A DNA stretch of 38,200 bases from a virus (IMGVR_UViG_3300046786_001136:1-38200); one strand, 5' to 3'. Counted from the stretch's first letter, positions 1 to 10,832 are shown. The notes: generated from the sequence alone by a model not told the origin. A program made the numbers and translations.

Positions 1-36
1 TGGAACATATCTTTACAACTTGAAATATTGCCATGA
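1..36 (+). CDS. 3' end of upstream gene (partial; probably a minor/distal tail protein)
   Basis: Open frame ...WNISLQLEILP* ends in TGA at 34-36 and overlaps the next ATG (ATGA coupling). The product is inferred only from position. Confidence 0.55.
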   Translation, partial: WNISLQLEILP

Positions 37-554
37 GTAGATTAACCACAATGTCGCCAGAGGCTATTAGGGCTATTTTTTCGCCTGAAGCTGACAGCGA
101 CTTATTATTTTTATTGACAGTTTACAGCCCAGACAACCCTGACGTAGTGGTTGGTAGAGTTTGTGACGGATTTACAAAACGTATTAGTGAAACTGCTGAT
201 GAAGTAGTATATGGCGTAACAAGTCGTGGACAGGACTTTGTTTTCTTACCAATGGAAATCTCATTACCTACTGAGGAAGAAGCGCAAGCTCCACGTTGCT
301 CAATAGTTATGAAAGATGTTACAAAATATATTATACCTTTAGTAAGAACTATTGTAGGTCCTCCCAAAGTAAAAATGGAACTGGTCTTATCAAAGACACC
401 CGATACTGTAGAAGCTAGTTTTACCGGTTTTTACATTAGTAGTTTTTCATATAACGCTGATTCAGTAACTGCCGATCTGTCAATGATAGATTATGAGCGT
501 GAGCCGTTTCCAATGCACTCATTTACACCAGCATATTTTCCAGGAATGTTCTAA
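33..554 (+). CDS. Minor tail protein, DUF1833-like (tail-tip gpL position)
   Basis: 173 aa with F..LPMEISLP and a C-terminal EPFP..SFTP..FPGMF pattern, directly before the NlpC/P60 and gpJ-like gene. Confidence 0.7.
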   Translation: MSRLTTMSPEAIRAIFSPEADSDLLFLLTVYSPDNPDVVVGRVCDGFTKRISETADEVVYGVTSRGQDFVFLPMEISLPTEEEAQAPRCSIVMKDVTKYIIPLVRTIVGPPKVKMELVLSKTPDTVEASFTGFYISSFSYNADSVTADLSMIDYEREPFPMHSFTPAYFPGMF

Positions 555-3500
555 TGTGGCAAAATAAATACATAGGCATACCTTTCTTAGATAAAGGTAG
601 AGATACAAACGGCATTGATTGCTGGGGCTTAGCTCGACTTGTTTATAAACAAGAGTATAATATAGATCTACCTAGTTTTGGTAACGATTATGAAGCTAAC
701 GATACTGAGCGTATGCAAGATTTACTTGCACAGTATAAAGAAGGCTGGGAAAAAATCGATGCCCCTGTAGAAGGCTGTATTGTATTATTTAATATTTTTG
801 GTGTAGAATCACATATGGGTATCGCTATTAGCGATACTCATTTTTTGCATGCGCGTGAGAAGTATACCAGCGCTATTGAAGCATTTGATTCTGTTGCTTG
901 GCGCAATCGTATCACAGGATTTTACAAGTATAGTGAAAATAAGAGTGCAATTTTAAATGTTGTACCCCATCCACTACGTACAGAGCGTTTTACTGTACCA
1001 ATTTTACCAGGTACTACACTAGATAAGTTAGCCGCCTGGATTAAACACGAATATAAAATTGCAGAAGAGTTATCTAGTAAGATTACTCTTCTGGTCAACG
1101 GTATTGTTGTTGACCAAAGCAAGTGGCATACAACCATTTTGCAAGATACCGACAAGGTGGAATATCGCGCAGTGCCTGGAAAAGGTCAAACTGCCCGATT
1201 AATTTTAACACTAGCATTAGTAGCTGCAACCCCTTGGTTGGCTACTCAAGCTGCCATCGGTACTGGCTTAACTGCCGCAGGTACTACTGTAGCACAGTTT
1301 GCAGCAAACAGTCAATTTCTGTTTGCTGGCTTATCGATGGGCGTTAATTTAGTTGGTGGTGCGCTTATAAATGCCATTTCACCAATCCGCCCGCCAGATA
1401 TTAATACTCCTGGCTCAACAATACAGCAGTACATGGTTACTGGCGGTGCTAACCAAATACATCCATATGAAGCCATTCCAGTAGTTTTAGGTAAAGTTAA
1501 GCTAACTCCGCCTCTTGGTGCGGTCAACTATTTAACTTACGAAAATGATACTGAAAGCTATTTGTCTATGTTGTTGCTTTGGGGATACGGCCCCCTTAAT
1601 ATTGATGCTTCAACTTTAAAAATTGGTAATGTTGCACTTACCGACTATACCCTACCAGTAGCACCAGTAACTCTAGATAGAAAAACTACTCCTACGGCAC
1701 AACAGTTACTTGATTTCAATGCTATCTACGGCAAAGATGTAAAAGTTGTTGGCAGTAATATTACACTAACCTGCCCAGGTCAGTACAATGCGGTATTAAC
1801 TGAAGGTACTTATGGCCCTTGGATCACAGCGTCTAGCGGTTCGCCAGTATATGATAGCAATGGAGCAGTTGTACCTATTAGTCAGTTTACTGTGTCATTA
1901 CACTTACCGCAAGGTTTACGTAGAATCCAAGCTGAAGGCAAAGATTCTGGTAAAGAAGAATCCGCTTTTGTAGCAATAGAGATTCAGACAAAAGACGGCA
2001 ATGGTCCCTGGACCACTTGGCAAGATTTTGGACTTGGAGATGGTACTGTTAAAAAGGATGCTTTTACAGTAAACAAGACTTATTATGGATTAAATACTGG
2101 CAACGAGTTGCAGGTACGTGTACGTCGAAAGACTGGTGCTGATCCTGAATGGACTAAAGAAGCTAGTGGATATGTTAAGTTTAATATTTACGCACAAGTA
2201 GTATTGTTGCAGACAGTTTTCTTGCGCAATACAACCCCTATTAAAGAGCCAATCAACTGTACTCTTGCAGGAACTGCTTTAAAGATTAAAGCAAATGATC
2301 AGCTCAATGGACAAATCGAAGGTATTAATGCCATTGTACAGACATGGGCACCTTCCTGGAATGGTACTAATTGGGTTACTACTACAACAAATAATCCTGC
2401 CGATCTATTTTTATATGTTTTAAAACATCCAGCAAATCCGCAACGAGTAAAAGATGCAGATGTAGCTAGCAAAATAGATATGACTCAAATACAGTATTGG
2501 CATTATTACTGTGGCCAAAAAGGGTTCCAATATAATAGCATATTAGCTTCGCAGCGTAGTATCTTAGAAGTACTACGTGACATTTGCGCAGCAGGTCGTG
2601 CTAGTCCGGCCATGGTTGATGGCAAGTGGTCAGTTGTAATTGATGAACCAAAATCAAATATCGTACAACACTTTACTCCACACAATAGTTGGGGATTTGA
2701 GTCGTCGAAAGCTCTTGCAAAAATGCCTGATGGTTTACGAGTTACATATATTGATGAAGATCAAGACTATCAACAGGCAGAAGTAATTGTTTACAATGCA
2801 GGAAAGTCACCCAATAATTCAGAGTTATTTGAGAGTATACAGTTGCCTGGAGTTACTAAGAAGTCTCTAGTAATTGACCATGCTCGCTGGCATTTTGCTC
2901 AAGCTAAATTGCGTCCAGAAGTATATAGATTAAACTCAGATATTGAGTATTTGGTTTGTAATCGCGGAGATCGTGTAAAAGTTATGCACGATGTTCCTAT
3001 GTGGGGCCTTGGAAGCGGACGAATTAAAAACCGATTAAGTGCCACTGAGTTCCAATTAGATGAACAAGTATATTTAGACCCATCAAAACCATGTACTTTG
3101 CGAGTTAGGTCTGCAACAGGTGCAAGTGTAGAGCGAACAGTTGATATGACTAATGTTACTTTGGGGTATACTGATACCGTAAAAGTAACAGTCAGCACTA
3201 CCCAAAGTCAGGTTGATGCTGGTGACTTATTTATGTTCGGAGAATATCAGCAAGAATCTCAAGATTTAATTGTTTTAAGTATTGAGCCTTCTTCTAATAA
3301 ATCAGCAACATTAACGCTTGTAGACTATGGTGTTACTGACGACTATAATCTTTTTACAGATTATCTAACTTTGTCAGCTGGCGTAGTATTCGAAAGTCAA
3401 GTAACATTACCAGGCAAAGAACTACGTAATAGTTTTACTGATGCAGATGTTCCTAATATAACATTAATTGCCAGTGATGAGTCTGCAGCGCGACTACTAT

Positions 3501-4123
3501 CAGCAGGTAGTTATGAACAACGAATAAAGATAAGTTATACTAATCCGCAAGAGTTGCCAAGAATAGTAGAAAGCATACAATGTAGTTATTATCTACAGAA
3601 TACTTCTACGCTAATAAATGCTACAACGGTGTCTGCACCATATAACTCTGGATCGATATATCTTACAGGCGTTGAAAAAGGTCAAGTATATAAATTAAAA
3701 CTACGTTATGTAGCAAAAGACGGTAGAACAGGTCCTTGGACCACAGAGTTTACACATACGGTAGGACAGTTCCAAACGTATTCCACAGTAGATTCAATAG
3801 AACTAGACCTAAATACGCACTTTTTAGATATGAAAGCAATTTCAAATACTGCAATTAATCCAGCTTTATTTAAACACTATGAATATAGAGTTTATAAAGA
3901 TAGTGGTACCGGAGACTTCTGGAATATAGTTCCTGATGCAACTAATCAGATAAAAACAGTAGTATCAATTGGAGTAGGAAGCCTGAGTTTGTTGGAATTT
4001 AACACTCCACGTATATCAGAAGCAGGTGTTGTTTATAGAGTAGCCTGTAGAACAGTAGATATTCATGGTAACTATAGTAACAGTAGTGCATTATCATCAA
4101 TAAAAATTAAAACAATTGTTTAA
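554..4123 (+). CDS. Fused tail-tip protein: NlpC/P60 + gpI-like + gpJ-like host-specificity/central tail hub
   Basis: N-terminal YIGIPF..GRD..GIDCWGL..HMGI..FLHA (NlpC/P60 Cys-His); a short beta-grasp-like segment ending VEYRAVPGKG; a hydrophobic Gly/Ala stretch; then J-like motifs (IPVVLGK, NNPA, GRASP, GDRVKVMHD) and an FN3-like YKLKLRYV...GPW. Confidence 0.85.
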   Translation: MWQNKYIGIPFLDKGRDTNGIDCWGLARLVYKQEYNIDLPSFGNDYEANDTERMQDLLAQYKEGWEKIDAPVEGCIVLFNIFGVESHMGIAISDTHFLHAREKYTSAIEAFDSVAWRNRITGFYKYSENKSAILNVVPHPLRTERFTVPILPGTTLDKLAAWIKHEYKIAEELSSKITLLVNGIVVDQSKWHTTILQDTDKVEYRAVPGKGQTARLILTLALVAATPWLATQAAIGTGLTAAGTTVAQFAANSQFLFAGLSMGVNLVGGALINAISPIRPPDINTPGSTIQQYMVTGGANQIHPYEAIPVVLGKVKLTPPLGAVNYLTYENDTESYLSMLLLWGYGPLNIDASTLKIGNVALTDYTLPVAPVTLDRKTTPTAQQLLDFNAIYGKDVKVVGSNITLTCPGQYNAVLTEGTYGPWITASSGSPVYDSNGAVVPISQFTVSLHLPQGLRRIQAEGKDSGKEESAFVAIEIQTKDGNGPWTTWQDFGLGDGTVKKDAFTVNKTYYGLNTGNELQVRVRRKTGADPEWTKEASGYVKFNIYAQVVLLQTVFLRNTTPIKEPINCTLAGTALKIKANDQLNGQIEGINAIVQTWAPSWNGTNWVTTTTNNPADLFLYVLKHPANPQRVKDADVASKIDMTQIQYWHYYCGQKGFQYNSILASQRSILEVLRDICAAGRASPAMVDGKWSVVIDEPKSNIVQHFTPHNSWGFESSKALAKMPDGLRVTYIDEDQDYQQAEVIVYNAGKSPNNSELFESIQLPGVTKKSLVIDHARWHFAQAKLRPEVYRLNSDIEYLVCNRGDRVKVMHDVPMWGLGSGRIKNRLSATEFQLDEQVYLDPSKPCTLRVRSATGASVERTVDMTNVTLGYTDTVKVTVSTTQSQVDAGDLFMFGEYQQESQDLIVLSIEPSSNKSATLTLVDYGVTDDYNLFTDYLTLSAGVVFESQVTLPGKELRNSFTDADVPNITLIASDESAARLLSAGSYEQRIKISYTNPQELPRIVESIQCSYYLQNTSTLINATTVSAPYNSGSIYLTGVEKGQVYKLKLRYVAKDGRTGPWTTEFTHTVGQFQTYSTVDSIELDLNTHFLDMKAISNTAINPALFKHYEYRVYKDSGTGDFWNIVPDATNQIKTVVSIGVGSLSLLEFNTPRISEAGVVYRVACRTVDIHGNYSNSSALSSIKIKTIV

Positions 4124-4132
4124 AGGATACTT

Positions 4133-6352
4133 ATGGCAGCAACTCTATCCTCAGGCGTCAATTCATTAATTTTAAAATTAGATACTCCATACGATACTAT
4201 TAGAACCACTGATATTAGAGATGACTTAATTAAGGTAATAGTTTGGTGTTCAGCAACCGATAACTTTACTCCATCTGATACCAATAAAGTATTTGACGGA
4301 TTAAGTCTATCTATCGTTATACCTAAACTAGCAGATGGAACACCTTTAGTAGCGGGCACTAGTTACTATTTAAGATATGCTTTTATTAGTGATATTGACG
4401 AAGCAGTATATACTATTTCTAGTCAATTAACAGGATCGCCAACTTCAGCATCTGCTCAAACCGTTGATATTTCTGGATATAGTGCTTTTGCTAAAAACGC
4501 TCTAGGAACTTTTACTCCAGCAACAGCTACACTTACTGCGGTATTAAATGGAATAACTAATCCTCAATATTCCTGGAATATTACAGGAGGGGTATTAACT
4601 TTAGATAACACTTCTACTACTGCTACAACAAGTTCAATTACATTAAAGCCTAATGCTAATTCAACCTCAGTAACAGTTAGTTTAAGTGTTACTGGCACAG
4701 GGCTAACAACTCCTATAGTGAAATCTATAACTATGGCAGTTGTACCTGCAGGAATTGCAGGTAACTCTGTATATGTAGCCACTATTTATAAGCAAAGTGC
4801 TACAGATCCAGGCCCTCCTAGCGCTACAACTAGTTCTTACGATTTTACTACTAATACGCTTATAGGTCCAGGAGATGGTTGGTTAACTATTCAACCTAGT
4901 ACTACTACTACACCTACTTGGGCATGTGATTATACTTTTGTAGGCTCTCCGACTAGTACCGTAACAGGTGTAGGTAATTGGGGTCCTACATATATTGAAG
5001 CAGCAAATGGTACTGACGGGGCATACCGTGATGTAATTGAGCTATATGTAGCAAGCTCAAGCGCTCCAACAGTACCTACATCTGTAGCATATACATTTAC
5101 AGGTAATACTGCTATAGTAACTGGTGGTACAGCGGGTTGGAGCCTTACTCAACCAACTACAACTACTACTCCTACATATGTAACCAAAAGTTTAGCTACT
5201 ACTACAACTCCTAACACTCCTGTTACACTAACAACATGGAGTACTCCAGTAATTGTAGCACAAAAAGGCTCTACAGGCGATAGCATTTCAGTAGAATATT
5301 CAGACGATGGTACTACAGGCTGGTCTACAACACCCACTAGCGGTACTAAATATATTAGGATTAATACTATTGTTAATGGGGTTACAACTGCTGGCGTAGC
5401 CAAAAAGTATGTTCCTACATTAGGTGTGGAATATACAGTAACTAATGGTATATCTACCTATGTTCATATTAAATATAGTAATGACAATGGAGTCACCTTT
5501 ACAACTAGTAATGGTGAAGACATTGGAGATTATTTAGGTATATTAACTAATACTACAGCAACCGATTCAACTAATCCTGCAGACTATACTTGGGCCAGAA
5601 TTAAGGGCAATCCGGGTATAAATGGAACGGGTCTTCAGGTAGAGTATTCTCCAAACGGTACTAGTGGGTGGGTTTCTACTCCTGATGCCAATACAAAATG
5701 GATTCGAGTTAATACTGTGTCAGCTAGTGGTACTATAACATATGGCACGGCTAAAAAATATATTCCTGAAGTAGGTATAGACTATACTGTTGTTGATGGC
5801 AAGAATAGTTACCTACATATTAAGTATAGTAACAATGGCGGAGTTACTTTTACAGGTCTCAACGGTGAAACACCCGGCGACTATATTGGTACTCTTACCG
5901 ACTTTAATGCAGTAGATTCTAGTACTCCTAGTGACTATACTTGGGCTAAAATCAAAGGTGAAACAGGTACAGGAACAGCAGGTGCATCTAATCATAGAGC
6001 ATATAAAGCTTTTACTACTACGTCGCCACCTACTGCCCCACCAGACCCTACTACTAGTGGAGCAACTCCCGCTACCTGGTCCGCAACCCCTGTAGCCGTA
6101 TCAACAGGGCAAGCACAGTATCAAACTGATGGAGTTACCCCTGCTGGTAGTACAGTCACAACATGGAGTACTCCTTATCTTAGTTACTTTAAAGTAGCTA
6201 ATTTAGAGGCAATTACTGCAAGTACTGGTAATCTAAATGTAACTGGTACAATTACTGTTGCAAGCGATGCTTCAGGTAGTGTAGTAATTGACAACTTTGG
6301 AATGTCCGTGTATAACGGAACAGTATTGCGAGTTAGGTTAGGAAAACTCTAA
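4133..6352 (+). CDS. Tail fibre / host-specificity accessory protein, Thr-rich
   Basis: 739 aa, T/S/P-rich, with two YxHIKYSN...GDYxG...DYTWAxIKG repeats and a C-terminal VLRVRLGKL typical of tail-tip proteins. Confidence 0.75.
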   Translation: MAATLSSGVNSLILKLDTPYDTIRTTDIRDDLIKVIVWCSATDNFTPSDTNKVFDGLSLSIVIPKLADGTPLVAGTSYYLRYAFISDIDEAVYTISSQLTGSPTSASAQTVDISGYSAFAKNALGTFTPATATLTAVLNGITNPQYSWNITGGVLTLDNTSTTATTSSITLKPNANSTSVTVSLSVTGTGLTTPIVKSITMAVVPAGIAGNSVYVATIYKQSATDPGPPSATTSSYDFTTNTLIGPGDGWLTIQPSTTTTPTWACDYTFVGSPTSTVTGVGNWGPTYIEAANGTDGAYRDVIELYVASSSAPTVPTSVAYTFTGNTAIVTGGTAGWSLTQPTTTTTPTYVTKSLATTTTPNTPVTLTTWSTPVIVAQKGSTGDSISVEYSDDGTTGWSTTPTSGTKYIRINTIVNGVTTAGVAKKYVPTLGVEYTVTNGISTYVHIKYSNDNGVTFTTSNGEDIGDYLGILTNTTATDSTNPADYTWARIKGNPGINGTGLQVEYSPNGTSGWVSTPDANTKWIRVNTVSASGTITYGTAKKYIPEVGIDYTVVDGKNSYLHIKYSNNGGVTFTGLNGETPGDYIGTLTDFNAVDSSTPSDYTWAKIKGETGTGTAGASNHRAYKAFTTTSPPTAPPDPTTSGATPATWSATPVAVSTGQAQYQTDGVTPAGSTVTTWSTPYLSYFKVANLEAITASTGNLNVTGTITVASDASGSVVIDNFGMSVYNGTVLRVRLGKL
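5264..5953 (+). repeat. Two tandem ~115-aa modules within the tail fibre
   Basis: KG..G..VEYS..GT.GW..TP...TK.IR.NT...KKY.P..G..YTV..G..Y.HIKYSN..G.TFT..NGE..GDY.G..T....DS..P.DYTWA.I occurs twice, with units starting at 5264 and 5603. Confidence 0.9.
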
Positions 6353-6669
6353 TGGCAACTTACGGTTTAAAAACATATAAAAGTGATGGCACAACTGTAA
6401 TCTTACAAAACTCCACCAAAAGTGGAGTTTTTGGCGAAGTATACACATATTCCAAATCAGGTACTGCTGGTACTAAGCCACCTATTGCTTTCCCACAGTA
6501 TGCAGGAAGAACTATAAGACCTATGCAATTATTGCCAGGTGGACATAGCTGGTCTGTAAGCTATCCTAGTGGGGTTCCTACAATAACTTTTGTTGAAAAT
6601 GCCGAGATAGCAAGCGGTATTCCTCAGTTTTATTATGGCGATACTGTTTTATATATTTTTGTTAAATAA
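6352..6669 (+). CDS. Small tail-tip accessory protein
   Basis: 105 aa. Its N-terminal MATYGL..Y..DG motif is echoed twice in the next gene (YGLRV, YGLQL) and is typical of small genes following J-like proteins. Confidence 0.6.
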   Translation: MATYGLKTYKSDGTTVILQNSTKSGVFGEVYTYSKSGTAGTKPPIAFPQYAGRTIRPMQLLPGGHSWSVSYPSGVPTITFVENAEIASGIPQFYYGDTVLYIFVK

Positions 6670-6677
6670 AGGTACTT

Positions 6678-9600
6678 ATGGATACTTACGGTCTACGAGT
6701 AATAAACGATGATTCAGAGCTTTTAGTAGATAGTAACTATTTCTCCCCTGCATTTGCCCAAAAACTAGAATTTATATCTAGTGCAATTTCAGAAGAAGCA
6801 GGTACTTCTTATATTCATCCCGGTAGAGTAAAACGAGAGTATAGAACAGCAGCTATAACTACTCCTGGTAATTATATAGTAATGTGGACTTTGCCAGATA
6901 ATGGAACAAAAGATGTTTGGTATGGATTTGGATCCTCTACAGTAAATATGGGGGGTTCTTTAACCTGTTATGTTTATGCAAATTCATCAGTTACCCCAGC
7001 TTTAACATATACACTACCAACAGCGTATATATTTGCAATCGAAACTTTACCTAATGGTTCCGCTTATGGTTTACAGTTGTATAACCAGTCAGGAATCAAA
7101 ACTTTTGATAGTAATAATATACAATTAGTTCCGTATAGTGTAAGTGAAAGCTTTACATTTTGGCAAGACTGGTCAGGTACATTTAATAGTACTAATTTAC
7201 CTACTAATATTGAATTAAGTGTACCTACTAATCCTATTTTTATGTTGCCAGATTTTAATTCTTTGCGAATTTCAACGGCATCGACAACCCATTTAGAATT
7301 TTTATATGAGCCAATGTTTAAAAGACAGGGCACTACCGTAAGTGTTTTAGAGGTGTGTACTTACTACTCAGCTGAAGATAGTGCTTGGCCATATAGTCAG
7401 ACAATATACAATACTGGTAATAGAAATGGATTAGCTATTATTGTAGCTGATGCTGATTTTTATTCAGCCCCCTCTCCTGGAAGTGGTACTGGAAGTAATC
7501 CACAATATTTGCTTACTTCTAATGTTTCTATCACTGACGAAGGTACTAATATTATAGTTACACTTACAACAGTAAATGTAGCAAATGGAGCAGTATTTCC
7601 TTGGGTAGTAGGAGGTATTGATATTGGCGATTTAAGTACTGGATCTTTAAACGGTGATTTTGTTATACAAAACAATAATGCTACAGCTACTTTTGGCATT
7701 GCAAATGACGCAAAGTTAGAGGGTACAGAAACATTTACTTTAAGTATTGTTAATACTGCGCTATCTGTATCAGTTAGTATTAGAGATACTTCTACACCTA
7801 CTCCAGTTTATACATTTTTAACAGTTAGTTCAGTTAATGAAGGTGCCACAGGTTATACTAGTTTTCGAGCTACAAATGCTAATGGCAAGATAGTTACTTT
7901 TGTTGTTGTAGCACCTTTAGCAGGTAATTTAATAGATTCACTTGACGGTACTTTACTTACTACTTCATGGACAGTACCTTCAAATGCGCAATCAACTACA
8001 ACTGTAGGATATACAGCGGCAGGAGATTATTATACTGAAGGACCAGAAACTTTTAGGCTCGCAGCTATAGTAGATGGTGTAACCGTAGCGTATAGTAATG
8101 ATATTACTGTTAACGACTTATCTACATCAAGTATTACCTGTGCAGATACGTGGCAAGAGTCAAGCACTAATAATGTAACAATTAATTCTTTAGGACCACT
8201 TAATGGAACCTTATATCTTACTACAGATAATGCTTTAGTTACGCCCAGTGTATCAAGTGTACTTGTAGATAGCGCATATGGGCCGCTAAATCCTACAGGA
8301 TTTACAACTATTGTATCTTATACAGCAGGAATCGTTACTGCTAGCACCCCAGTAACTTTACATATTAGAACAGGAAGTGCGGTTGGTCGTATTGTAGCAC
8401 AAAAAACTATTACAGTAACCAATGTTGGCGAAACATATAGCTTTGGCGGGGTATCCGCTATTAGTGAAGGTGGTACAGGCTCTGTAAACTTTAATTATAG
8501 TTATGCTGCGAACAGAACAATTACTTTTGCAATAACAGCGCCTTCTACAGGAACAGCAGCTACTAGTCCTACAGATGTAACTTTATCTACAACTAGCTAT
8601 ACTGTAGCAAATACAAATGCATCTAGTTTTGTAGCTGTAAACTTTTCAGCAGTTTCAGATGCAACAACAGAGGGCTTAGAATATTTTAGAATTTCTGCAA
8701 CAGTTAATGGGTCTACATATTACTCTGATAATATTACTATTAACGATAGTAGTATTTCGCCTCCCAGCGCAACAATAACAGCTGCTGATAGTTGGCCTGA
8801 ATCAAGTACAATTAGTGTTAGCATAAATGCAGTCAACTGTAATGGCAATACACTGTATCTAACTACTAGCAATGCTTTAGTTACTCCAGCAAGTAGTACA
8901 ATTACTCCTAATAGTGCTAACTACACAACTAATATAAACTATACCACCGGAATTGTTACAGCTGATACTTCAGTAACCATATACGTAAGATCTGGTAGCG
9001 CCGTAGGAACTATTTTAACTTCCAAAGTTATAACAGTTACCAATACTGCTGCAGTATATAGTTGGGATAGTGTTGCTTGGCCTAATGAAGGCACAACACC
9101 ATCTACTGTTTTTAATTTTAGTAATGCAGCTAACAAAAGCATAACCTTTTCATTAGCAGCACCGCCAGCAGGGTATACTGGTGCTACACTAGGTACCGAT
9201 GTAACACTTACAACTACTAGTTATACAGTTGGAAATAATAATAACGCAGGTACTGTATCCGTAACTTATTCTATTACTGCAGATAGTTCAACAGAAGGCG
9301 GAGAATATTTTAGATTAGCAGCTACAGTAGACGGTACTACTTATTATAGTGATCCAATCTATATTTATGATACTAGTCAGGGCACGCCCACATTTAGTGT
9401 TACTCCAGTTAATAGTACTTGGACCGCTGCTGATCCAAATGGTATGCCTACTACAAATTATAGCGTTACCCTTGCAGCCACTAACTATTTAGGTAATAAT
9501 GTATATTTCACAACTAATAATGCAGCTATAAATACTTGGTTAGATACTAATTTAATATATGTAAATAGTAATAATTGGTCAACTAATTATATAGTAGCAG

Positions 9601-10811
9601 TACCTGTATTTAGCTCTTCCACAACTGTACAACTGCAACTAAGAACTGGTAGTAATACGGGCACTATCGTAGCTACAGCTAGTGTTACTGTTAATCCGTA
9701 TGCTACATATTCACTTACAGCATCTCCTACTAGTGCCGATGAAACTACTAATAATAGTTTTACAGTTACATTAACTACTAATCAAACAGGTTCTTTTGGA
9801 TATACAATCTCAGGAGTAACTTCTGCTGATATTGGAGGAACAAGTTTAACAGGTACTCTATCTAATGGAGGTACTCGTACTATTACTGTAACTGCAGATG
9901 CAACAACAGAAGGTACTGAAACATTTACTCTTGCGCTGAATAACGGACTAGCCAGCGTATCGGTAAATATTAGCGATACATCTATTACCCCAACATATCC
10001 AGCTGCCGGGACTAAACTAAGCGAGTACTGTAGTGGGTATAACTTATATTACAGATATGCTGACGGTAGCGGCGGCTCATACGATACTCTTATAGCTAGT
10101 AACAGTAGTACTTGCGGATATGTTACCCCTACATATTCTCTTGGAAATACTTGGACTACTTTGGCCAATAATGGTAGTGGTACATTTTACCTACAAGCAT
10201 CAGGAAGTTTTACCAACGGCCAAACTGTAACAGTTACTAAAAGCGGTACAGGAGCAAGCCGAGTAACTCTTGGAAGTACAAGCTTTACTCTTGCCACTGG
10301 AACTAGTATATACAATGTGAGCGTAACAGCAAGCTTACCAACTGCTACAGTAGCAGAACAGAGTGTAACTATTAGCTTAAGTACTGGCCAAAGTTTTACA
10401 TTTACAATTCCAGCTTATACAGTAGGACCCGCAGGTGCACCAACTGTTACTGCTGTTACTATGAATGCAGGACAATATACTGCTGGCGAAACTGTAGATG
10501 CAGTGGTAACCTTTAGCGGACCCATAACTGCAGATACTTATGTTAATATGAAACTAACTGCAGGAGCTTATGGTAGTTTTTATATAACTTCCAGTACAGG
10601 AGCAGCAGCTCCGCCTGGAGCAAATGGTACTGGAGGAGAGTATATTGACTTACAATTAGGAGCAACTAGTGCATATTATACTGGCCCAACAAATCCAGGC
10701 CAATTAAGTGTACTCAATGCAACACTATCTGCTAGAACTATGACTGGTACAACAACAGGAGTAGCGCGACAAGCATATGTTGTTACACCTACATTTAAAA
10801 TAGTTCCATAA
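6678..10811 (+). CDS. Large adhesin-like tail protein with five Calx-beta/Ig-like repeats
   Basis: 1377 aa, S/T-rich. D..xEGxE(T/Y)F motif occurs five times (DAKLEGTETF, DYYTEGPETF, DATTEGLEYF, DSSTEGGEYF, DATTEGTETF), alternating with a second beta-sandwich unit ending R(T/S)GS..G.I. Confidence 0.75.
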   Translation: MDTYGLRVINDDSELLVDSNYFSPAFAQKLEFISSAISEEAGTSYIHPGRVKREYRTAAITTPGNYIVMWTLPDNGTKDVWYGFGSSTVNMGGSLTCYVYANSSVTPALTYTLPTAYIFAIETLPNGSAYGLQLYNQSGIKTFDSNNIQLVPYSVSESFTFWQDWSGTFNSTNLPTNIELSVPTNPIFMLPDFNSLRISTASTTHLEFLYEPMFKRQGTTVSVLEVCTYYSAEDSAWPYSQTIYNTGNRNGLAIIVADADFYSAPSPGSGTGSNPQYLLTSNVSITDEGTNIIVTLTTVNVANGAVFPWVVGGIDIGDLSTGSLNGDFVIQNNNATATFGIANDAKLEGTETFTLSIVNTALSVSVSIRDTSTPTPVYTFLTVSSVNEGATGYTSFRATNANGKIVTFVVVAPLAGNLIDSLDGTLLTTSWTVPSNAQSTTTVGYTAAGDYYTEGPETFRLAAIVDGVTVAYSNDITVNDLSTSSITCADTWQESSTNNVTINSLGPLNGTLYLTTDNALVTPSVSSVLVDSAYGPLNPTGFTTIVSYTAGIVTASTPVTLHIRTGSAVGRIVAQKTITVTNVGETYSFGGVSAISEGGTGSVNFNYSYAANRTITFAITAPSTGTAATSPTDVTLSTTSYTVANTNASSFVAVNFSAVSDATTEGLEYFRISATVNGSTYYSDNITINDSSISPPSATITAADSWPESSTISVSINAVNCNGNTLYLTTSNALVTPASSTITPNSANYTTNINYTTGIVTADTSVTIYVRSGSAVGTILTSKVITVTNTAAVYSWDSVAWPNEGTTPSTVFNFSNAANKSITFSLAAPPAGYTGATLGTDVTLTTTSYTVGNNNNAGTVSVTYSITADSSTEGGEYFRLAATVDGTTYYSDPIYIYDTSQGTPTFSVTPVNSTWTAADPNGMPTTNYSVTLAATNYLGNNVYFTTNNAAINTWLDTNLIYVNSNNWSTNYIVAVPVFSSSTTVQLQLRTGSNTGTIVATASVTVNPYATYSLTASPTSADETTNNSFTVTLTTNQTGSFGYTISGVTSADIGGTSLTGTLSNGGTRTITVTADATTEGTETFTLALNNGLASVSVNISDTSITPTYPAAGTKLSEYCSGYNLYYRYADGSGGSYDTLIASNSSTCGYVTPTYSLGNTWTTLANNGSGTFYLQASGSFTNGQTVTVTKSGTGASRVTLGSTSFTLATGTSIYNVSVTASLPTATVAEQSVTISLSTGQSFTFTIPAYTVGPAGAPTVTAVTMNAGQYTAGETVDAVVTFSGPITADTYVNMKLTAGAYGSFYITSSTGAAAPPGANGTGGEYIDLQLGATSAYYTGPTNPGQLSVLNATLSARTMTGTTTGVARQAYVVTPTFKIVP

Positions 10812-10832
10812 AACCTTTAAAATTCCAAAGCC

